From Minisyncoccia bacterium (GTDB lineage: Bacteria > Patescibacteriota > Minisyncoccia > Phycocordibacterales > UBA2100): DNA of 64,000 nucleotides. The position numbers and the translations under genes are program-made. The notes beneath the pieces are model-generated. The model searched no databases. It was given only the letters and a program-made list of their open reading frames with translations, and was not told the origin of the DNA. Location: the NCBI GenBank assembly GCA_049297775.1, contig JBAQUX010000023.1, forward strand, positions 18-64,017, in the 5' to 3' direction. Of this stretch, positions 37,189 to 46,547 are shown one piece after another; within the stretch, counting starts at the first letter, position 1; each line of letters opens with the position of its first letter.

Positions 37189-39156
37189 TTACGAAACAAT
37201 ATCTTGCGGTGTCTGTTCCAAGACTTTCTTCTCTTTTAAGACAATGCCATGTGCTGATACTACTTTTTCATACTCTTCTCTCTCAAGTGTTTCTACTTCT
37301 ATGAGCTTATTTGCCACCGCATCAAGTGCACTGCGGTATTTGATGATGGTGTCTTCTGCACGCTGTAATTGCTCACTAATTATCTTCTTTACTTCTGCAT
37401 CAATGACACTACTTACCTGCTCAGAATATTCACGTGAGGTGTAACTACCTCCAATGATACGTCCGCCATCGTCTATGAGTGCAATAGGACCGATGACATC
37501 TGACATACCCCAGCGAGTCACCATGCTCCGTGCAAGACTTGAAGATACAGCGAGGTCATGTGACGGACCAGTAGTGAGGTCGTCAAAAATCATCTTCTCT
37601 GTCACATAGCCTCCGAGTGACACAGCGATATCATCAAGAAATTCCTTCTTAGATTGCATCTTTTTATCTTCGTCTGGCAACTTCCAGGTATATCCCGCCG
37701 CACGTCCACGGCTAATGATAGATACTTTGTGCACTGGGTCTGCGTACTCTAATACTGAGGCAATAATTGCGTGACCTGCTTCATGGTATGCTGTGATGCG
37801 CTTCTCTGCCGTGTTCATTACATGACTCTTGCGTTCAGGACCGAGCATTACTTTCTCGATAGATTTAATAAGGTCATCTTGAAGTACCTCTTTTCTATTC
37901 TCACGAGCTGCAAGGAGCGCCGCTTCGTTCATTAAGTTTGCAAGATCAGCACCTGAAAATCCTGGCGTGCGCTTTGCAATTTCTGGCAGGTGTACATCAC
38001 TTGCGAGTGGTTTCTTTTTTGAATGTACCACAAGAATTTCTTCGCGCTCACCTCTGTCTGGCGGATCGATGGTGACACGTCTATCAAATCTACCTGGGCG
38101 CAAGAGTGCGGGATCAAGCACATCTGAACGGTTTGTTGCTGCCATCACGATTACTTTTTCTGTAGGATTAAAGCCGTCCATCTCTACAAGAATCTGGTTT
38201 AATGTTTGCTCTCGCTCATCATTTCCGCCACCCATGCCCGTACCGCGTGTTCGCCCAACCGCATCAATCTCATCAACAAACACGATTGATGGTGCCATCT
38301 TTTTTGCAATATCGAACAAGTCGCGCACACGAGATGCGCCGACACCTACAAACATTTCTACGAATTCAGAACCAGAGATTGAGAAGAATGGCACACCTGC
38401 CTCTCCTGCAACCGCACGGGCAAGAAGCGTCTTTCCGGTACCAGGACTTCCCATCAACATGACGCCCTTTGGAATCTTTGCGCCCATATCCAAAAACTTT
38501 TGCGGGCTCTTCAAGAAATCTACAATTTCTGACAACTCTTGCTTTGCTTCTTTTGCGCCGGCAACATCAGCAAAAGTAACTCGGTTCGCTTCATCGTTTG
38601 GATCTATCATACGCGCACGTGACTGCCCAAAAGAGAATGCCTGCATACCTACACCTTTTACTTGTCGCGTAAAGAACCATAAACCAAAAAGAATAATGAG
38701 GAGCGGACCAAAGAGTGGCGCGAGTGCACCAAGCCAGTATTTAAAACCTGTAGGCTCGGCTACTTCAATTGGCACAGAACGTAAATCTTCAGGAGTCGCA
38801 CCGTAGTTTTTAAGTGTCTCAGTAATCCCACTTTCATTCTCTTTCTTCGAATGCTTAATTACTTCTTCCTTGTCTTTTCCGTACGAAACATCAACGCGCT
38901 CCCCTCGTACTACAATTTTACTTACCTTCTTATCAGTAATATCTGTCGCAAGTTGTGAGAGTGTTACCTGTTCTGGGGTTTTAAATGCATCGCGCACCGT
39001 CGTATAACCACCGAGGAGTACGAGAAATATCATGATGGTAAGTACCACCTGAATACCGAACTGCTGATTTACACCAAGGTTATCCATTATTTTTTTTGGA
39101 CCGCCCGGCGTTTTCTTTTCTTTCTTCTTTTCTGGTTTTGTATGTTTTTCCGTCAT
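37189..39156 (-). CDS. ftsH: ATP-dependent zinc metalloprotease FtsH
   Basis: Two N-terminal TM helices, AAA Walker [24 protein letters not shown], Walker [12 protein letters not shown]. Zn-binding HEAGHAI and peptidase M41 C-terminal domain. Confidence 0.92.
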   Translation of the reverse strand: MTEKHTKPEKKKEKKTPGGPKKIMDNLGVNQQFGIQVVLTIMIFLVLLGGYTTVRDAFKTPEQVTLSQLATDITDKKVSKIVVRGERVDVSYGKDKEEVIKHSKKENESGITETLKNYGATPEDLRSVPIEVAEPTGFKYWLGALAPLFGPLLIILFGLWFFTRQVKGVGMQAFSFGQSRARMIDPNDEANRVTFADVAGAKEAKQELSEIVDFLKSPQKFLDMGAKIPKGVMLMGSPGTGKTLLARAVAGEAGVPFFSISGSEFVEMFVGVGASRVRDLFDIAKKMAPSIVFVDEIDAVGRTRGTGMGGGNDEREQTLNQILVEMDGFNPTEKVIVMAATNRSDVLDPALLRPGRFDRRVTIDPPDRGEREEILVVHSKKKPLASDVHLPEIAKRTPGFSGADLANLMNEAALLAARENRKEVLQDDLIKSIEKVMLGPERKSHVMNTAEKRITAYHEAGHAIIASVLEYADPVHKVSIISRGRAAGYTWKLPDEDKKMQSKKEFLDDIAVSLGGYVTEKMIFDDLTTGPSHDLAVSSSLARSMVTRWGMSDVIGPIALIDDGGRIIGGSYTSREYSEQVSSVIDAEVKKIISEQLQRAEDTIIKYRSALDAVANKLIEVETLEREEYEKVVSAHGIVLKEKKVLEQTPQDIVS

Positions 39157-39199
39157 GCGGAATAGTATACATGATGAGCCCTAAAAATACATGAAGATA

Positions 39200-39520
39200 T
39201 TTTGGGTATAAAAATTGCCCGACAGCGGTGAGGCTGACGGGCGGTGAGCAACGGAGAGGGGTTCCGCTACTCTGCGGGCTTGGGTTTCGCCAAGAGATTT
39301 ACTCCCGAGACCGGAACACACTCTTCGACATGTTTCGTGATATCACGGAACAGGTCAGCGAGGCCTTCATGGGTCATCGTGAGACTGATGGGAATACGCA
39401 CCCGCACAAGGAGGACAGCCGGAGCGGTCCTCGCTTTCTTTGTGACTACATAACGTGGCTTAAGCACAGGTATTGTCATGGTGACTCCCTTCTCCTCATG
39501 CTTAAAGTATTTCTACAGAA
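39200..39520. ncRNA. Candidate structured non-coding RNA or leader (GC-rich island; identity unresolved)
   Basis: About 320 nt non-coding gap in a dense genome. Local GC is clearly above flanks. Multiple stable hairpins: CCCGACAGC-GGTGAG-GCTGACGGG at 39218-39241 with an A5/T5 flank (terminator-like on the minus strand), CTTGG-GTTTCG-CCAAG, GAGGAC-AGCCGGAGCG-GTCCTC. The only ORF here (39228-39587) has no homolog-like features. Confidence 0.3.
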
Positions 39521-39583
39521 ATTTTACGTAAAATGCAAGCTTTTCCGGTTATTTTTAGGACGAGCTGTGGTACTATCCTACCT

Positions 39584-40471
39584 ATGAAACCAATATCCAT
39601 AGTCACACATAGTGGTACATTCCACGCAGATGATGTATTTGCAGTCGCCATGGTGAAGCTACTCTTAAAGGAAACACCACACACACTCACTCGTACACGT
39701 GACGAAGCGATACTACACAGCGCCGATTGGTTACTCGACATTGGTAACACCTATAACCCTGAAACCAAACGATTCGACCATCATATGCGAGAAGGAGCAG
39801 GGGCACGTGAGAACGGTATTCCCTATGCAGCCTGCGGTCTGGTATGGAAGCACTACGGAGAAACACTTGCGGGAAGCCCTGAAGCGCAGGAGATTGTAGA
39901 CACGGAACTCATTCAGACCATTGATGCACTTGATAACGGCTCGCATGCAGTTTCATTTAATCCGCATCTCGGCGATAGTCCGTACACCATTCGCACACTC
40001 ATCCAGCGGTCTTTCAGACCTGCGTGGAACTCCACTGAGAGCTTTGATGAGGCATTTGATAAAGCGGTTACGTACGCACAAGAGATTTTACTCCGAGAAA
40101 TACACCAAGCGTCAAGCAGTATCGCGAAACGTGCATATGCAAAAAAACTCTATGATGAGAGTGCTGATAAACGTATACTTATAAGCCCGATTGGCATTTC
40201 AGCAGGTTCATTTATTCCCTTTCCTGAAGTCAACGTAGTAATCGCACCAGACCTCTCGCGTGACGGATACTATGCAGTGCAGGCAGTGGGTGTAAGTCCT
40301 GATACCTTTGATGCGCGCGTCTACTTCCCTGAAAGCTGGGCCGGCCTTCGCGATGACGCGCTCGTGCAACACACAGGTATCGCAGGTTCTGTGTTTTGCC
40401 ACAAAGGTAGACACTTTGCAGTTGCAAATAACTTAAAGGACGCACAGCGTCTTGCACTGCTTGCAAAGTAA
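39584..40471 (+). CDS. MYG1/UPF0160 family metal-dependent hydrolase
   Basis: N-terminal IVTHSGTFHADDVFAVAMV (family signature THSGxFHADE), further His/Asp blocks (DHH, LDNGSH). Start at MKPISIV (39584) rather than the ORF-track 39533. Confidence 0.75.
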   Translation: MKPISIVTHSGTFHADDVFAVAMVKLLLKETPHTLTRTRDEAILHSADWLLDIGNTYNPETKRFDHHMREGAGARENGIPYAACGLVWKHYGETLAGSPEAQEIVDTELIQTIDALDNGSHAVSFNPHLGDSPYTIRTLIQRSFRPAWNSTESFDEAFDKAVTYAQEILLREIHQASSSIAKRAYAKKLYDESADKRILISPIGISAGSFIPFPEVNVVIAPDLSRDGYYAVQAVGVSPDTFDARVYFPESWAGLRDDALVQHTGIAGSVFCHKGRHFAVANNLKDAQRLALLAK

Positions 40472-40497
40472 GCGTGCCAGTTTGCTATACTAGGCAC

Positions 40498-40938
40498 ATG
40501 TCCATATTGGAGAATAAAAAAGCGCGACTCAACTATACATTTCTCGATACTTTCGAGGCAGGCATTGAACTGCACGGTCATGAAGTAAAATCATTGCGTG
40601 ATGGCAAAGGTAAACTTGATGGCGCACGTGTGGTTGTGCGCGGTGGCGAAGCGTACGTAGTAGGTATGTCTATTTCTCCATGGCAAGTGGCAAACACTCC
40701 TAAGGATTACGAGCCCGAACGCACGAGAAGACTCCTTTTGCACACAAAAGAAATTCTTGCCATTCAGCGTGCGGAGCAAGAGCAAGGTTTGACAGCTATC
40801 CCTATTTCATTGTATAATAAAAAACGATTCTTGAAGCTTTCCGTGGTTATCGCAAAGGGTAAGAAAAAGCATGACAAGCGTGCTAGTATTCGCGAACGAG
40901 AAGTGGCTCGCGATATCAATCGTTCTTTGAAAAGTTAA
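40498..40938 (+). CDS. smpB: SsrA-binding protein SmpB
   Basis: NKKARLNYTFLDTFEAGIELHGHEVKSLRDGK...LLLHTKEI...KGKKKHDKR is colinear with E. coli SmpB ([32 protein letters not shown]...GKKQHDKR). Start MSILENK (40498). Confidence 0.9.
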   Translation: MSILENKKARLNYTFLDTFEAGIELHGHEVKSLRDGKGKLDGARVVVRGGEAYVVGMSISPWQVANTPKDYEPERTRRLLLHTKEILAIQRAEQEQGLTAIPISLYNKKRFLKLSVVIAKGKKKHDKRASIREREVARDINRSLKS

Positions 40939-40986
40939 CTCTAGTCATTCACTATTACTATCTGAGCTCCCCGTCGGGTGGTGTTA

Positions 40987-41402
40987 GGGGGTGACTAGTA
41001 TCGACAGAGAGATTCGGTTTTCGTATGTGCACAGGTGTTTGAACATACACTCAAAAGTTCACAATCTAAGTGCAAAAAATTCTGCACAGGCAGTCGCTTC
41101 ATCTTTCAAGGTGAGCGACTTCCAGTTCGCTTACGCTCGCGCGTAGTCTGAAATTTTTTAATTTCAGGTGAGCTTCGGCTCGCGACCGTTATCTTGGTGG
41201 ACGTCTGATAAGCCACGGATAATGTAATACTATCGGAATCGATATACTGCCCTGTTCACGCAGTAGTCTAAATAATAGAACTCGCGTACTACGATTTTGC
41301 ATACCTTTGCCCGTAGTCCGTTAAACATTAAGGTACGCTACCTGTTGTAGATGCGTACGGAAATCCTCTTTTGGACTGGGGTGCGACTCCCCACACCTCC
41401 AC
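40987..41402 (+). ncRNA. ssrA: tmRNA (ssrA), one-piece
   Basis: 5' end GGGGGTGACTAGTATCGACAGAG matches tmRNA consensus GGGGnUGAnnnnGnnUCGACnnG. 3' end GGGG-TGCGACT-CCCC T-arm followed by CACCTCC-A-C. 5' GGGGGTG pairs with 3' CACCUCC, giving a G3-U70 wobble (Ala identity). Candidate tag ORF after CAGUC: GCU UCA UCU UUC AAG GUG AGC GAC UUC CAG UUC GCU UAC GCU CGC GCG UAG (ASSFKVSDFQFAYARA*). Immediately downstream of smpB. Confidence 0.8.
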
Positions 41403-41415
41403 ACATACATAACAA

Positions 41416-41436
41416 GGCGCCCTTATGGGCGCTTTT
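41416..41436 (+). terminator. ssrA terminator hairpin GGCGCCC-TTAT-GGGCGC + TTTTGTTG, centre of a longer inverted repeat
   Basis: GC stem + U-tract 14 nt after the tmRNA 3' end. Flanked by a ~21-23-bp imperfect IR (41393-41415 vs 41435-41455). Confidence 0.65.
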
Positions 41437-41657
41437 GTTGTATGTGTGGAGGTGTAGCGAGGCATCTGCATGCCTCGCATGGGGAGTCGCAAGGCGGAGC
41501 TATGTTTTTGTTTGTGTAATCACAAGGCAAAAACTGCGAGCTGGGGTCGCGAGATTTTTTCGTCAGAAAAAATACTTGTGACCGACTCAGCTTCGAAATG
41601 TATGGGCAAAAGACTTGGTTACTTGTTGCCCTTTTTTCCCCTGATATACTCCCTTTC

Positions 41658-41957
41658 ATGTCTACAAAAATCATTATCACACTCACTGGACTATTACTGG
41701 CCGTAACAGGTCTCTATATGCTTAAAAACATGCCAAGCACTCCAGAGACACAACCCGTCAAACACGCTTCCCCTTCTGCAACACTTGCGAACCCTGCTTC
41801 CGTCTTTTGTATTGAGCACGGCGGAACGCTTACGATGAAAACAAACAGCGTAGGAGAATACGGCGAGTGTTCGTTCCCTTCTGGAGAAACTTGTGAAGAG
41901 TGGGCACTCTTCCGAGGCGAGTGTACTGTCGCGGGAGTTACGGCACCCACACACTAG
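41658..41957 (+). CDS. DUF333-like (putative hemolysin/YoaF-like) small secreted protein
   Basis: Signal/TM MSTKIIITLTGLLLAVTGLYML. NPASVFCIEHGGTL...GECSFPSGETCEEWALFRGEC matches the DUF333 Cys pattern. Confidence 0.6.
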   Translation: MSTKIIITLTGLLLAVTGLYMLKNMPSTPETQPVKHASPSATLANPASVFCIEHGGTLTMKTNSVGEYGECSFPSGETCEEWALFRGECTVAGVTAPTH

Positions 41958-42012
41958 ACCTAGGAAGTCGACGCGACTTCCATCTACACATTAATGTGCG
42001 GGGGTTCGTTGC

Positions 42013-43068
42013 ATGTTCAGTAACCCTCTCTGCTATACTTCTCTCATGGGAAACCCAGAGGGTGGCGGATACAATCGCAAGCTTGATGTTGAAGGTGAAC
42101 GTAATGCATTTCTGACTGATGCGTATGAAAAGAGCTATAGTAGAGCTCTGAGAGAACACCACCCGGAAATAGGGAAAACTATTGAATACATACGGCAGAG
42201 CATTGATTGGGAAATACTCATGCCATTACTGATTGCCCGACTTCGAGACGCAGGAGTGCCTGAAGAACGATTCAACTTAGGACCACTTACCAGTGAAATG
42301 CCCGCACGACCTACGGACGATTATGCTGCAGTGTATAATGCAATATCTAACACCGTAGGATTCTCATCCTTTGATGATAATTTTATGGCTGCAGTCCGAT
42401 TACTAAAAAAGAACGGCTCCTTACCAAGGCTTTTAACCATGAAGATACAGCTGGTCATGATTCATGAGATATGCCATGCCCTTTCCGAAAATACTATAAA
42501 GTCTCAAAGCGTGAATAAAAACCAAGTTCGCATGAGTGGTAAGTCAGGATTTTCACAGGTATTTGATATTACTGAGAAAACTAAACGCGGTAATGAAAAG
42601 AAACGGCAACCGATAAAATTCTACGAGGCACTTAATGAGGCGGTGACGCAACGACTTGCTGAAGAAATAATGGTTGAATACTCACGCATCGCTGAAGTAA
42701 AACATGGAGAACATTTTGTTGCTTCGTTTATAGAAAAAATGAGTAAGCGTCTATGGTCCTACACAATATTTGCAAATCAGTTAGATAATATTTGCAAGAG
42801 AGTTGCTGAGCAAAGTGGTAAAACGCAAGAAGAAATATGGCGCAACTTTAAGCGTGCATATTTTAAAAACCCTGAAAGTTTTATAGCGGAAACTCAAGCT
42901 GTCCTTGAAAATATTTATGGACAAGATTTCTGGAAAAAATATCAGCGCTTTGGTAATGGCGAATCTATGCAGGGTATCGGGGCGTTTGATAGCGAGCATG
43001 AATTTCTACATCCACGAACATACCCAGAACGATGGCTTGCGCAACTCGGGATAGCAAAAAATACCTAG
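42013..43068 (+). CDS. Hypothetical protein with HExxH zinc-metallopeptidase-like motif
   Basis: 351 aa. LVMIHEICHALSE contains HEICH. No other recognised domain. Alternative start MGNPEGG (42046). Confidence 0.45.
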   Translation: MFSNPLCYTSLMGNPEGGGYNRKLDVEGERNAFLTDAYEKSYSRALREHHPEIGKTIEYIRQSIDWEILMPLLIARLRDAGVPEERFNLGPLTSEMPARPTDDYAAVYNAISNTVGFSSFDDNFMAAVRLLKKNGSLPRLLTMKIQLVMIHEICHALSENTIKSQSVNKNQVRMSGKSGFSQVFDITEKTKRGNEKKRQPIKFYEALNEAVTQRLAEEIMVEYSRIAEVKHGEHFVASFIEKMSKRLWSYTIFANQLDNICKRVAEQSGKTQEEIWRNFKRAYFKNPESFIAETQAVLENIYGQDFWKKYQRFGNGESMQGIGAFDSEHEFLHPRTYPERWLAQLGIAKNT

Positions 43069-43109
43069 AAACTAAGCGGTTATCATATTAGCGAGTAAGA
43101 GGTGCCCCC

Positions 43110-43463
43110 TTACGAACTCGGCGCACATTCGGCACGATTCCCATCTATGCCCTGCGTATAGGGATTCGTTACGCGCTCAATGACCCGCCCCGTTTTATCC
43201 CGCACTATAAATCCACCTTTCGGTACATACTCAACAACAATTTCACCTTCATACAATTCAAGTTTATTAGTTCCGTCTGCAGGTGGCTCAATAGGAACTT
43301 GCACATGTCCTAAATTTGTAATCGCAGGGATGTCAGTAACTGGCACGGAATATTCAGCACATGTTGGAATACGCCCTAACCCAGCTTCTGCATTATCAGT
43401 TTTTGCAGTAACTCCTGCAAAGAGAAGCGCGCCTGCAACTGTTCGTAGTATTTTTTCTCTCAT
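43110..43463 (-). CDS. Small secreted hypothetical protein
   Basis: 117 aa with N-terminal signal peptide (ILRTVAGALLFAGVTAKT). Confidence 0.4.
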   Translation of the reverse strand: MREKILRTVAGALLFAGVTAKTDNAEAGLGRIPTCAEYSVPVTDIPAITNLGHVQVPIEPPADGTNKLELYEGEIVVEYVPKGGFIVRDKTGRVIERVTNPYTQGIDGNRAECAPSS

Positions 43464-43483
43464 GTGAAAAGTATAACAATGAA

Positions 43484-44962
43484 ATGACCTATATACCTCA
43501 TCCTCCCTGCTATACTAACCGTATGCCAACTGATGACATATCTCTTACATCACTCACACGACAGAAAAACTACGATACTAAATTTGATACTCTCGAAAAA
43601 GATACACGTTACACCGCACTTACCTATCTTGCGCGTGCAGGAGGCGCTGGTGATTTACAGGTAACCAAACTTCTTACTTCTGTGGGGCTTCCCGAAATTA
43701 CACCAGACGCCATCCGTATGCGCGCCCGCTATGTCGTACAGAAAGACACGCCTGATACCGCAGAGTACGGAGACATGCGTGATGCTTATCATGCAAAATT
43801 AAGAGAGGCCTACGACCGACTCGACAACGACAAGAAATCAGAATACCTTGAGCTTACTGATGCGTTTCTTCGGGCAGAAGTTGGAAATAAATACTGGCAA
43901 CACGAACCAATAGCGCGAGCATTGGTGTACCACTTATTGAAAAAAAATATACCTCTTGGCCTTATTGGGACCGCAGTCTCACTCTACTTTGGCTCAACAG
44001 TAAAAGGCGCAACGATTCGAGAGGCACTCAAGCATGCAGGAAAGGACATTTTGTTAGCACGTCTCAGCGATGTAACTGACAAAGAGCATTTTTCACAACT
44101 AGAACCTCTCGCAGATACATATGTAGCAAAAGCGCGCGCGTATATTGCTGAAACGCGAAAGTACAAATCGGTATGGAACGCAGTACCGAAGAATCGCGCA
44201 CTTGCACAACAACTGTACAAAGCCGGTGTATCGCCACAAGGAGTTGCGTACTTGATAGAAAAACACACAACACTTATTGTTCCCACGGTAAGCATGAAAA
44301 GCTTTTTACAACGCGAGAGCGCGCTTCCTACACTTTCACAAACAGATACTGCTTGGATTGAAAGTATTCTCGCGTCGGGGCCAGACGAGTACCGTGCAGA
44401 GAAAAAGCGTAACTACACGCGAGGTGCAGAACAGCGAAATGTTCCTCTGCGCGAGCGTAAACTTTGTGCGGAATACTATGCACCACTCCTTGCATACGCA
44501 CGTCGCATTCATCCCCTCTTTGCAGAAGAACTGACCCAGCTTACTTTTATGAAACTCGTGGTAGCACTGAGAAATGGATTTCGTCCGTGGAAAAACGCAT
44601 CGCTCATGCCGTGGTTAAAAGTCGTCTGTGAAAATGCATCCATGGATGAATTTAGAAAGAGGAAACCTGAGACAGGACACGATGTATACACTATAGAAAA
44701 CTACGCGGACCCACTCGCAGACTCAAAGGCACCAACCTTACTGTACGATGCTGAACGTTCATATGCTATTTTAAGCGCACTACAAACACTTCCTGATGAG
44801 CAGCGTGAGATTGCTCGACTTAAGTTTTATGAAGACCTTTCTGAGGTAGAGGTAGCACGACGCCTTGATGTGCCACTTGGTACAGTAAAATCAAGGTGGC
44901 GACTTGCGAGTCAAAAATTAAAAGTTCTTCTCGAAGATTTTGATGACTTTGAGGATACGTAG
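43484..44962 (+). CDS. Sigma-70 family (ECF-like region 2 + region 4) factor with ~300-aa N-terminal extension
   Basis: C-terminal ~180 aa: region-2-like LMPWLKVVCENASMDEFRKRKPE and region-4 HTH DEQREIARLKFYEDLSEVEVARRLDVPLGTVKSRWRLASQKL. N-terminal 300 aa of unknown function. Alternative start MPTDD (43523). Confidence 0.6.
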   Translation: MTYIPHPPCYTNRMPTDDISLTSLTRQKNYDTKFDTLEKDTRYTALTYLARAGGAGDLQVTKLLTSVGLPEITPDAIRMRARYVVQKDTPDTAEYGDMRDAYHAKLREAYDRLDNDKKSEYLELTDAFLRAEVGNKYWQHEPIARALVYHLLKKNIPLGLIGTAVSLYFGSTVKGATIREALKHAGKDILLARLSDVTDKEHFSQLEPLADTYVAKARAYIAETRKYKSVWNAVPKNRALAQQLYKAGVSPQGVAYLIEKHTTLIVPTVSMKSFLQRESALPTLSQTDTAWIESILASGPDEYRAEKKRNYTRGAEQRNVPLRERKLCAEYYAPLLAYARRIHPLFAEELTQLTFMKLVVALRNGFRPWKNASLMPWLKVVCENASMDEFRKRKPETGHDVYTIENYADPLADSKAPTLLYDAERSYAILSALQTLPDEQREIARLKFYEDLSEVEVARRLDVPLGTVKSRWRLASQKLKVLLEDFDDFEDT

Positions 44963-44963
44963 C

Positions 44964-46493
44964 TTATCTAAAAAAGCTTACAATATATGCCCAAAGTGAA
45001 CCAAATGCATCTGATGCTGAGGCTGTTTGTACGCTCGTATCAATAGTATTTCCTACGCCGTTTCCGACAAGTCCATTTGTAATACTTGCACCCGCAACAA
45101 CAGGTGCGTTATTACGTGGCTGAGGGCGGACGACAACGCGCTGTACCGGCACAGATGTTTGCTGTGTAATTCGTCGTGGTGCTGGAGGTATGACAACAAC
45201 TGGATTTACCACAGGAGGAATTATCGCAACTACCGGAGCTGGTGGTGTGATGACTGCGAGACCTGATGTCGGCGTCAGAGCACTCTGACCATCTAATACA
45301 AAGCGTCCTGGATTTGGCTGTTCCCCACTTGATGTCATTACTACTGGTGACACTCCCCCAGTTGAGCCTCCGGTCACAATTGAAATAGGACCGTTTGCAC
45401 CTGAGGGTGCGCCTACAGACACTCCCCCTCCTGCCCCGACTGGTGGCTCGACGGGCGGAAGTACAGGAACCTCTGGTATCACCACTACGAACTCAGGGAT
45501 TGTGACGTAAATAATTTTACCTGCTAAGTCGGTAACTGTTATAAAACAGCGCGGGTCTTCTCCGCCGGGAAGTTCAGAGATTATTTCTGAAACATTCCCT
45601 CGACCGTATACACCTGCGGTCAGAGTATTAAACGTAAGAACCGTACTCCCAGCATTTACAGAAGATGGTGTGGCATTCCCGCACGATTCTTCGAACTGAA
45701 GTGTTACCGGTTCATTTGTAGTAAGTGTAAACGTTGGCTGAGTTGAAAAAGTTGGCGTTGCTACTGGCACTGTTACAGATGTAACGGGTGGCGTCACGTC
45801 ATATGTAATCGTTATGATTGTCCCCTTACTGTATGAAGGGATTGTTTCGTTATTTGAACTGTCGCGTGCCATAACTACAAACGTGTACTCCCCTTCAGGC
45901 ATATCTTCGAGAGGAAAGAAATACTCTACACTCAGTTCACCTATGTTTGGCTGACATGGCGTAAATTCCACATCAGTGAGTGATGCGCCTGTAACTCGTG
46001 CGCAAAATAAACTATCTTCAGGTGATTTTGCGGTTACAGAAAATGTTTGTCCCTCACCAACTACAGATCCATTTACTACCTCATTTGAAACAACAACCGT
46101 CGGAGAAAAATCGCCGTAGCGTACAGTGACGCGTGATTCTGTTTGTCCGAGCTCATTCCCTGCCGCATCCTGTACCGAATAATCGCGTACACGGAGTGTA
46201 TGTATATCACTTGGTCCTGTTACTGAAAAAGTGTATGAAGCACCATCTGACGTGGTAAGTCCACTTATACTCAATGCAGGTGTTGTCTCGATGTCAGAGA
46301 TATCAAAGGTCCCCGCAACACTCTCAGAAAAGACAACGGTTACAGTATATGGCTCAGTTGTAAAACGAGTCGATGCCGTGATACTTACCAAAGATGGTGA
46401 CACCGTGTCTTCAACATCAATCGCATGCACTTGCGCGCTCGGAGCACAGATAAATACTAAGAGGGCAACTGCGAGGTACACATGTATTTTCAT
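44964..46493 (-). CDS. Large secreted/cell-surface protein with Ig-like beta-rich repeats and Pro/Val-rich C-terminal region
   Basis: 509 aa. Signal peptide MKIHVYLAVALLVFICAPSAQVHA. Thr/Val/Ser-rich beta-strand-like segments. PPVEPPVGAGGG...PVVAIIPPVVNPVVVIPPAPRR low-complexity C-terminal region. Confidence 0.5.
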   Translation of the reverse strand: MKIHVYLAVALLVFICAPSAQVHAIDVEDTVSPSLVSITASTRFTTEPYTVTVVFSESVAGTFDISDIETTPALSISGLTTSDGASYTFSVTGPSDIHTLRVRDYSVQDAAGNELGQTESRVTVRYGDFSPTVVVSNEVVNGSVVGEGQTFSVTAKSPEDSLFCARVTGASLTDVEFTPCQPNIGELSVEYFFPLEDMPEGEYTFVVMARDSSNNETIPSYSKGTIITITYDVTPPVTSVTVPVATPTFSTQPTFTLTTNEPVTLQFEESCGNATPSSVNAGSTVLTFNTLTAGVYGRGNVSEIISELPGGEDPRCFITVTDLAGKIIYVTIPEFVVVIPEVPVLPPVEPPVGAGGGVSVGAPSGANGPISIVTGGSTGGVSPVVMTSSGEQPNPGRFVLDGQSALTPTSGLAVITPPAPVVAIIPPVVNPVVVIPPAPRRITQQTSVPVQRVVVRPQPRNNAPVVAGASITNGLVGNGVGNTIDTSVQTASASDAFGSLWAYIVSFFR

Positions 46494-46547
46494 ACGGCGA
46501 TACTACCCTTTTTATAGCCGTACGCAATAGCTGAAAGCGTGCGTGTC

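Noticed and set aside
37967-38806. 279-aa plus-strand ORF
   Set aside because: Antisense inside ftsH. Its Ser/Arg/Pro-rich composition mirrors the GC-skewed coding strand.
39228-39587. 119-aa ORF and 39244-39453 ORF in the ftsH upstream gap
   Set aside because: The region has RNA-like GC-rich hairpins and the translation is Arg/Gly-rich with no motif. Treated as non-coding (candidate ncRNA or leader) rather than protein-coding.
40987-41500. Possibility of a circularly permuted two-piece tmRNA because of the inverted 3'-end copy
   Set aside because: The 5' end GGGGGTG at 40987 pairs directly with CACCTCC at 41394-41400 in the normal order, so a standard one-piece tmRNA explains the sequence. 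The downstream copy is inverted, not permuted.
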